Source: an uncultured Myxococcales bacterium (GTDB taxonomy: Bacteria > Myxococcota > UBA4151). From it: a stretch of 13,034 nucleotides of DNA. The position numbers and the translations under genes were made by a program. Below, piece by piece: positions 1 to 6,089 of this stretch. The notes below the pieces were generated by a model. It was not told where the DNA came from. It did not search any database and saw only the letters and a program-made list of their open reading frames with translations. The first letter of the stretch is position 1. Every line of letters starts with the position of its first letter. Location: NCBI GenBank assembly GCA_964013405.1, contig CAXGWI010000105.1:1-13034 (forward strand). The letters run 5' to 3'.

Positions 1-1
1 A

Positions 2-571
2 CAACCGGAGACGATCCGTCAGTTGCTAGCCCATGAAGACCGAGTCACCGGACCGATTCCCATCCCCTCACGGAATCGGGGCCAAGAAGACAACCTGGTT
101 CAGATTCGTCTGACCCGCATCGATGATGAGGCCTACGCAAAGCTCCTGGCCGCCAAGAAGAAGCGCCAGCCCAGCCGTTGGCGCCTCGAAGTGGTCGGGG
201 AGCGGGAACAAGCGGCCCACAATGCCGAGATGAGCGCCGGGGAAAACCTCGTCGGGCCCCTGTGTCGTTGTGCCAAGTTTGATGATGTGGAAATCGTCGA
301 AACAGACCGGCGCTACGTGGACAAAGACCATGTCGGCTCGCCGGAGCGGCCCGTCGCTGAATTACCCAAAGAGGTCTGCAAGCGCCCCATCAGCCGCAGC
401 GAGGCTGAAGCCTACTTTCAGCAGGGGCGCACCGAACTCCTGAGCAACTTTACCTCGAAGCGCAACCGGGCCTTCAACGCCATCCTCTTCTTGAAGGCCA
501 ATGGCCGCCATGGCTTCGAGTTCGAGAACCGGGGTGAACGGCGGGGCCGGGGCCGCACAACGAAGGCCTAA
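2..571 (+). CDS. topB: DNA topoisomerase III (type IA), C-terminal repeat region; 5'-partial
   Basis: Frame is open from base 2 (QPETIRQLLAHEDR...), so the gene begins upstream of the window. LPKEVCKRPISRSEAEAYFQQGRTELLSNFTSKRNRAFNAILFL..GFEF matches the topoisomerase C-terminal repeat (Toprim_C_rpt) pattern of TopB proteins, followed by a basic tail. TAA stop at 569-571. The catalytic domain is not in the window. Confidence 0.7.
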   Translation, partial: QPETIRQLLAHEDRVTGPIPIPSRNRGQEDNLVQIRLTRIDDEAYAKLLAAKKKRQPSRWRLEVVGEREQAAHNAEMSAGENLVGPLCRCAKFDDVEIVETDRRYVDKDHVGSPERPVAELPKEVCKRPISRSEAEAYFQQGRTELLSNFTSKRNRAFNAILFLKANGRHGFEFENRGERRGRGRTTKA

Positions 572-2871
572 AAGCTGGTCCAGTAACCCAGGCCCAGCAG
601 GACTTTGGCGTTCAACTCACCCGGGAATTCCACCGTACCGAAGCTCTCAACGGTGCGTAGGATCGTGTCCATCCACTGCACGTCGAGCACGCCACGATGG
701 CGACCCTCGACGTATTCTAGCCCCAAGCTACCGCTCCAATAGACGCCGGCCCAGGTGAAGGGATCACTGGAGCGGAGGTCGACCCCCGTGTTGCGGACCC
801 GTTCGCCATCCTCCAGCACGTACTGTTCGTGGATCAGGGTGCTCTCCCGAGCCACTGCACCGATGGCACCGACCAAACGAAGGCGCAGCGGCCACGAACC
901 AAGGGCCCGATCAAGCCCCAGTTCCAGGCCTGCCCGTGTGGCGATGCCGCCCTCGTGACGGAATCCTTCCGCAAGGTCTTCAGAGTCCCTTGTGACCTCT
1001 AGAAACGGAAATTCTAGACGATTCCAGCGGTCGGTAGATGTGAAGTCGGGCTGGCTCGTGGAGAGCCCAAGAACAAGACCGTAGCGCCAATGGGTACGGG
1101 CGAAAACCGATGGCATTCGATGGGCTAGACCGACGTCCAGATTCCCCACCCCACCACTCGAGTCCAGCTCCTGGGAGATCCTCAAACCCACCAACCGCAA
1201 GCTTGGCTGCTGCTCGCGCCAGGAGACCGGACTGAGGAAACGGCCAAGACGAGCTCGCCAGAGCGCCCAACGCTTGGCGCTCGCCTCCGCACGAGCCTTG
1301 GCTTCCGCGTCTCGGCGGAGCTTGGCTTGCAGCGCAGTTGCTTCCTTTTTGCGGGCCTCGGCCTCATCCCTCTTGACCTGTTCGGCGGCCGCCTTCTGGG
1401 AGGCTGCAAGCTTCGCAGCCTGTCGGCGTTGCGCGGCCTGCTTACGTTCGGCGGCCTCTTTGGCATCGGCCACTGGGTCCGCTGGCTGGCTTTTTTTCTT
1501 TTTGGCTGGGGCGGCCCGTTCAATCCGGTCAAGGCCCTCCGGCGCCTCTGCCTTTTCCCCCTTGCCTTTGCGCCGGGCTAAGGGGCCCCGAGGACGAGCC
1601 TCGGCGCTGGAAGCCGCAGCTGCATCGACCGCTCGGCGATCATCCCGCATGCTGACCCAACGGCGCTTTTTAGGGCTCCAACTCCCCTTTCGCAGGCCTG
1701 AAATGAGCGGCTCGCCGGCCACCAAGCTGCGGCCCCCACTGGATTTGAGCTCCGCCAATTTTTCCGCGACACCCATCATCGCCAGGTTCACCGTCAAAAA
1801 GTCCTGCCCAAAGTCTGCTTGCTTGAGACGCAAAGCCCTCCCTTCCCGGTTAAAACCGAAAAGGGTCATTCGAATCTTCTGACCATCACGCCCAAGGACA
1901 CCCAAGATGCCGAGGGTCGCGCCGCCTCCCTTTCGCCGCAGCATCTGGGTCGCCTGCCGCATGACATCGCGATCGATGCGGTTGTCTCGAAGGGTCCCAT
2001 ACATACTCCGCAGTCCCTTGTCCTCCAGCCCCCGAGTCACGGTGGCCCTAAGCTCAAGGTCCTCACCAGGTTTCAACACCGGCGTCGCCCCCCAAGCCCG
2101 GTGGTCCCGTTTCACCACACCGATGAGATGACGGCCCTTGGGGAGATCCGTGATGGTTAAGGGGGCTTCCCCAAGGGGGCGACCATTGAGAAGGATTTGG
2201 GCTTTAGGCAGGTCCGCGTGGATCGTGAGACTTGCGGACCGGTCATCCTCGAGGGCAGCGGAACGCCCCTTGAGCATGTCATTGAAGCGTTGGCTGTACT
2301 TGAGTGCTGTGGTGTTCAAGAAGGCACCATCACAGCGGGTCACCAGCTCATCGACTCGTACTTGCGCCTGCTTCTTTTGCCCCATCCGCAAATGGGCCTC
2401 CCCCATCACCGCCAGACAGCGACAGTAGGTATCGGATCCCCGAATGTGCCGGGCGTTCTGCCACATTTTCCGCAAGACGGGCTTGGCCGCGCGCAGGGCT
2501 TTGCCGGGCTTGTTCAGTTTCAATAGGGTCTCGGCATAGGCCATCTCTTTGAAGTACTTCTTCGCCACCCGGGCCGAGGGGTCGGCCCCCCGCTCAAGTC
2601 GACCTTTTTGACGAAAGAGGCGAACCTTAAAGCCTGCGTCCTCTTTCAAGACGCCAGCGATATGCTTGAAAGCCTCTTCGACGACATCTGGCTCAACGGA
2701 ATTCCAAATCGGCTGAATAGGAATCACAAAGAGTGGTTCCAGGTTCTTCTTTTGCGCCTTTTCATCCTGGGTCGAGGCCTCGGCATCCCCGAGGAGAGCA
2801 TCTAACTCCGCATCCCGCTCGGCCTGAACCGGCCCAGCGACCAACAGACTCAGGATGATGATCGAGCGCAT
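568..2871 (-). CDS. Exported PEGA-domain protein with helical/TPR-like N-terminus, Ala/Lys/Glu-rich coiled linker and predicted C-terminal outer-membrane beta-barrel (767 aa)
   Basis: Sec signal peptide MRSIIILSLLVAGPVQA. PEGA-like segment SLTIHADLPKAQILLNGRPLGEAPLTITDLPKGRHLIGVVK..(~2035-2235). AKE-rich stretch ~1270-1645. About 8 amphipathic strands in 568-1206 ending VLLGLGYWTSF (terminal Phe). ATG overlaps the upstream stop (TAATG). Confidence 0.8.
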   Translation of the reverse strand: MRSIIILSLLVAGPVQAERDAELDALLGDAEASTQDEKAQKKNLEPLFVIPIQPIWNSVEPDVVEEAFKHIAGVLKEDAGFKVRLFRQKGRLERGADPSARVAKKYFKEMAYAETLLKLNKPGKALRAAKPVLRKMWQNARHIRGSDTYCRCLAVMGEAHLRMGQKKQAQVRVDELVTRCDGAFLNTTALKYSQRFNDMLKGRSAALEDDRSASLTIHADLPKAQILLNGRPLGEAPLTITDLPKGRHLIGVVKRDHRAWGATPVLKPGEDLELRATVTRGLEDKGLRSMYGTLRDNRIDRDVMRQATQMLRRKGGGATLGILGVLGRDGQKIRMTLFGFNREGRALRLKQADFGQDFLTVNLAMMGVAEKLAELKSSGGRSLVAGEPLISGLRKGSWSPKKRRWVSMRDDRRAVDAAAASSAEARPRGPLARRKGKGEKAEAPEGLDRIERAAPAKKKKSQPADPVADAKEAAERKQAAQRRQAAKLAASQKAAAEQVKRDEAEARKKEATALQAKLRRDAEAKARAEASAKRWALWRARLGRFLSPVSWREQQPSLRLVGLRISQELDSSGGVGNLDVGLAHRMPSVFARTHWRYGLVLGLSTSQPDFTSTDRWNRLEFPFLEVTRDSEDLAEGFRHEGGIATRAGLELGLDRALGSWPLRLRLVGAIGAVARESTLIHEQYVLEDGERVRNTGVDLRSSDPFTWAGVYWSGSLGLEYVEGRHRGVLDVQWMDTILRTVESFGTVEFPGELNAKVLLGLGYWTSF

Positions 2872-3914
2872 TACTGCCCTTCCTCACGAGCGAAGACCTC
2901 AATACTGGAGAAGGTATCTCCTGTGAAACGCCCCAGACCAAAAATTTTGGTGGCCTGTTCATCACGACCAGAAGCGCCCACAAGGAGGAAACCGTCCGCT
3001 TGATAGCCGGAACAGCCATCGAAGCGGGACTGAGATATCGACCAATTCCACCATGTATTTTGGCGCGTAAGCGTCGCAGGACAATGGCTATAGGGCTCAT
3101 CGACGCCTGGAGAGATCATGACACCATCCGGGTCGAAGTTCTCAGCGGGCGCCGAGGTTTGGAAGGCTAAGCCCATCACATCACGAAAGCGAGTCGGCAT
3201 CCGCTCACCATCGACCACAAAATGAAAGGTCAAGTCTTCGCCATCACAACACTCGGAGAGAGACGAGATCGGCAGGCCAAAACTATCACTCCCCTCATTG
3301 GCATCGCTCCAAGCATCCCACAACGGGTCATCGTAGTTCACCCGGGCGACACGGGTCCAGCCACCGCCATCAAAATCCATCTCGCAGACCACTCGCCATG
3401 GGAGATCACCGGGCTGGATCCAATACTGACCTGTCGGCGTCTCAGGATGGAGGCTCAGCAGATGTTGGCAACTCCGGGCGGCCCGCTCTATGGAGCGTCC
3501 ATCGTGGGCAAACTGACAATCTGGGCTACAGCGCTCGCTTGCCTCATCACAGTCTTCTTCGCCGGCCTGAACGACACCATCCCCGCAACGGGCCAAGGTA
3601 CAATCCGTGAGACAGGCGTCTTCCTGGACTTGATTGCCGTCGTCACAGGCTTCTCCCCGCTCCAAGATGCCATTGCCACAGCTAGCGTCGAGGCCTCCCC
3701 CCACGGTGGTGCCTCCATCTTCTTTACCTTCCCAGTGGGGCGCACAGCGCCCCATTCGGCAAAGGCCAGTGGAAGGACAATCGGCGGCACTCGTACAACG
3801 GGGGCCATAGCCCGTCTTTAAACCCTGTGCGTCGAGCACAAGGGTTTCCCCGCAACCGAACACGCCCAAAAGCACCAGTGCTATCGAAACCCGCAATCCT
3901 GCTCCCCGACCCAA
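2871..3914 (-). CDS. Lipoprotein with myxobacterial Cys-rich repeats (DUF4215/myxo_disulf_rpt-like) and a fibrinogen-like 'YCDxxxxGGGW' domain (~347 aa)
   Basis: Hydrophobic stretch plus lipobox LLGVFG-C. Small Cys module CTSAADCPSTGLCRMGRC. Repeats CGNGILERGEACDDGNQVQEDACLTDC / CGDGVVQAGEEDCD (~3515-3680). ARSCQHLL..PTGQYWIQP..VVCEMDFDGGGWT is the N-terminal signature of fibrinogen-related domains. Start is TTG 3914 or TTG 3896 (uncertain). Confidence 0.82.
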   Translation of the reverse strand: MGRGAGLRVSIALVLLGVFGCGETLVLDAQGLKTGYGPRCTSAADCPSTGLCRMGRCAPHWEGKEDGGTTVGGGLDASCGNGILERGEACDDGNQVQEDACLTDCTLARCGDGVVQAGEEDCDEASERCSPDCQFAHDGRSIERAARSCQHLLSLHPETPTGQYWIQPGDLPWRVVCEMDFDGGGWTRVARVNYDDPLWDAWSDANEGSDSFGLPISSLSECCDGEDLTFHFVVDGERMPTRFRDVMGLAFQTSAPAENFDPDGVMISPGVDEPYSHCPATLTRQNTWWNWSISQSRFDGCSGYQADGFLLVGASGRDEQATKIFGLGRFTGDTFSSIEVFAREEGQ

Positions 3915-3949
3915 GATGCACCTGCAGTTTGCGTCGACTTGGTCATCAC

Positions 3950-3965
3950 TGCAAATTGCGCCCCT
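3950..3965 (-). promoter_or_regulatory. Possible sigma-54 (-24/-12) promoter for the lipoprotein-PEGA gene pair
   Basis: Minus strand reads AGGGGCGCAATTTGCA: exact GG-N10-GC spacing and a consensus TTGCA -12 box, but only 4/7 match to TGGCACG at -24. It lies 35 nt upstream of the TTG at 3914. Confidence 0.3.
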
Positions 3966-3973
3966 ATGGGGCG
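3959..3973. other. GC-rich stem-loop downstream of the glycosyltransferase gene
   Basis: CGCCCC-TAT-GGGGCG perfect 6-bp inverted repeat. On the minus strand it is followed by CAATTTG, only a weak U-tract, so a terminator role is doubtful. Confidence 0.35.
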
Positions 3974-3999
3974 TCAGGCTCGATGGCGCTGCCGGCGCG

Positions 4000-5151
4000 C
4001 TAGAGACGGAAGATCTGGTTCTTCTTCAAGGCATCGAGATCGTAGGAGGTCCCTCGCCAGGTCACATGACCCCGACGCCAGGCCTGAGCCGTCGAATTCA
4101 GCAAGATCAGGGCGATGATGAAAATGCCCAGGGGTGCGAATAGAAAAGGGCTTCGGTCCCAATTAAGATGTCTCGCTCCGAGGATCCCGACCCAAGCGAG
4201 GGCGAGATAGGCAATCCCAGTGGCCATCGGGTAAGCGCCGACACAGAGGAGCGGCCCCGCACAGGCGATGATGAGCCCCAAAACGAAAACGATCGCCCGC
4301 AAGAAGCTATAATGTCCCACTGCACCGAAGCTGTTCTTTTCCAAGCCACGAAACATGCTGGGCAGATCCGGATACCACTCTACTTCGAGGCCCGTCCGGG
4401 CGATCATGCATTCGTGTTGGGCACCGGCTCGTTTCATGGCGAGGCCCAGCGCTAAATCATCAGCCACCTCCATCCGCAACCACTTGAAGCCCTCACTGCG
4501 TTCAAAGACCGAGCGCCGACAGAGGTTGAAGGCCCCCACCCCGAGACCATGATCTCGATCCTGTGGGTTCTGTCGCCGCCTTCGACTACTGGACATGGCA
4601 AAGATCCCGACAAAGGCAGCGATGACAATCCGCGCGAGAAAGGTCGTCGTCGAGAGCTTGGGCAGCAGCGCTAAATGGTCCAAGCCCCGTCGTTCACACA
4701 GGGCGACTGCGCGACGAAGCAGCGCGCCGTCGATGTGGACGTCCGCATCACTAAACAACAGCCAATCGCCCTGGGCCTCTTGGCTGCCCCGGTGTAAGGC
4801 ATGCACTTTACCAAGCCAGCCCGGTGGCAACTCGTCGATACAAACCAGTTGGAGCTGGTCGCCAAACTCACTGGCCAGACGACGAAGAATCGCTCGGGTA
4901 TCGTCGGTGGAACGATCCTCGACAACGATCACTTCTCGGCTTGAGTCCTCGTCCTGCAACAGACGTCGAAGGGCCGGTTCGATCGTTGAGGCTTCGTTGC
5001 AGGCAGCCACGATCACAGAGACCCGAGGTGGCGCCTCAAGAGGCTCGACGGTGTAATCATCTAGGCTGGGCAGCTCAAGCATGCGCACAAGAAGGACCGC
5101 GGCCGAGCACAGGGCTCCGAAACAGAACACGAGCCCCACCAGGGCGATCAA
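4000..5151 (-). CDS. Family 2 membrane glycosyltransferase, CrtQ/CruC/HpnB-like (carotenoid, hopanoid or other lipid acceptor) (383 aa)
   Basis: N-terminal TM helix. GT-A motifs VSVIVAACNE, EVIVVEDRSTDDT, LPPGWLGKVHAL, WLLFSDADV (DxD), GAFNLCRRSVFE, EVADDLALG, RGLEKN. About three C-terminal TM helices and a terminal VTWRGTSY motif typical of this subfamily. TTG start overlaps the upstream TGA (TTGA). Confidence 0.9.
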   Translation of the reverse strand: MIALVGLVFCFGALCSAAVLLVRMLELPSLDDYTVEPLEAPPRVSVIVAACNEASTIEPALRRLLQDEDSSREVIVVEDRSTDDTRAILRRLASEFGDQLQLVCIDELPPGWLGKVHALHRGSQEAQGDWLLFSDADVHIDGALLRRAVALCERRGLDHLALLPKLSTTTFLARIVIAAFVGIFAMSSSRRRRQNPQDRDHGLGVGAFNLCRRSVFERSEGFKWLRMEVADDLALGLAMKRAGAQHECMIARTGLEVEWYPDLPSMFRGLEKNSFGAVGHYSFLRAIVFVLGLIIACAGPLLCVGAYPMATGIAYLALAWVGILGARHLNWDRSPFLFAPLGIFIIALILLNSTAQAWRRGHVTWRGTSYDLDALKKNQIFRL

Positions 5152-6047
5152 CGGACGATCCGCCAGTCAAAGCCGACCCTGGCGCCGGCCCGGAGCGCCA
5201 GCGCCGCCGGCTGGTCCTCGGTTCCAGCGACCCTCGTGAGGGTGATGCGAAAGCCCACGGTCGGCAAGGCCTGCCGGACCCGCACATAACTGAAGCCGGC
5301 TGCGAGCCCAAACTGGAGTGCGGGACGCAATTCGGTGACAAAAGGGACGCCGACTAATTCTGGCTCCACTTCGACTTCAGTATGCCAGATGGCCCCCTGG
5401 CGGCGTAAGGCGATGGGGATGCCCAAAGTCATTTCAACACTCATGCCCTCGGTGGATAGACTCGGACTCATCAACGCCCCCCCGCCGCCGGCAAATCCAA
5501 TACGAGCCGACCAACGGGGACGAAAGACGTGATTGATCGTAAACCGCCCACCACCGCCGCCGCCGAACGACCAATCGTCAGCGCTGCGCACGACACCGAA
5601 AACACCACCGCCCTCGGTGCCAAAGCTCCAGCGCCCGGGATGGATTTGCTCCCCGGCAAATTGGTGGTTGGGCTCGATATAGACAGGGCAGTCGGTTGCG
5701 GCCCGATCCCGTGCTGCAAGAAAGAGCAGCCGGACTCGGCTCATATGGAGGAGACGCTCAAGTCCCGCTATCTTTTTACCTGCTTTTTCATAGGCATCAG
5801 AGAGAGGTCCGCCGAGCGCCTTTAGCCGCCGATCAAGCTCCCACTGGGCCTGCTGTCGCTGTTCCTCAGGCACACGACACATGCTGAGCATCGCATCCGG
5901 GAGGAGACTTTCGACATCGTAGCGATCGATCTTCCAGCCTTGTTGCTCCCGCAAAAAGACGAGCTTCCCCACATCTTGGAGCAAAGCTTCAGCCGGCCCA
6001 AGGGGCGTGCTGAGTAAAGCGACGGGCAGAACGACTGCAGCGATCAC
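5148..6047 (-). CDS. Exported hypothetical protein: N-terminal helical domain with a Cys pair plus predicted ~8-stranded Gly-rich beta-barrel (299 aa)
   Basis: GTG start with AAAGGA SD 6 nt upstream. Hydrophobic N-terminus with a possible AEA cleavage site. Two Cys (SMCRV, TDCPV). The C-terminal half is made of alternating-pattern strands ending LRAGARVGFDWRIVR. It fills the gap exactly between neighbouring genes. Confidence 0.72.
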   Translation of the reverse strand: MIAAVVLPVALLSTPLGPAEALLQDVGKLVFLREQQGWKIDRYDVESLLPDAMLSMCRVPEEQRQQAQWELDRRLKALGGPLSDAYEKAGKKIAGLERLLHMSRVRLLFLAARDRAATDCPVYIEPNHQFAGEQIHPGRWSFGTEGGGVFGVVRSADDWSFGGGGGGRFTINHVFRPRWSARIGFAGGGGALMSPSLSTEGMSVEMTLGIPIALRRQGAIWHTEVEVEPELVGVPFVTELRPALQFGLAAGFSYVRVRQALPTVGFRITLTRVAGTEDQPAALALRAGARVGFDWRIVR

Positions 6048-6053
6048 CCGTGT

Positions 6054-6060
6054 TCCTTTC
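6054..6060 (-). promoter_or_regulatory. Ribosome-binding site of the 299-aa gene
   Basis: Minus strand GAAAGGA-ACACGG-GTG. Confidence 0.65.
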
Positions 6061-6062
6061 TC

Positions 6063-6080
6063 GGGGCCAACAAAGGCCCC
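6063..6080 (-). other. Intergenic stem-loop right after the metalloprotease stop (mRNA-stabilising or pausing element)
   Basis: GGGGCC-N6-GGCCCC perfect inverted repeat, extendable by 2 pairs (one G-U) on the minus-strand transcript. No U-tract; the next SD follows immediately. Confidence 0.5.
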
Positions 6081-6089
6081 AACGGCCCT

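Noticed and set aside
23..25. TTG at 23 as the start of a stand-alone 182-aa protein
   Set aside because: The frame is open to the window edge and the sequence resembles only the C-terminal repeats of a topoisomerase.
1274..1882. 202-aa Ala/Ser/Arg-rich + strand ORF
   Set aside because: Antisense shadow of the low-complexity AKE stalk of the PEGA gene; no independent motifs.
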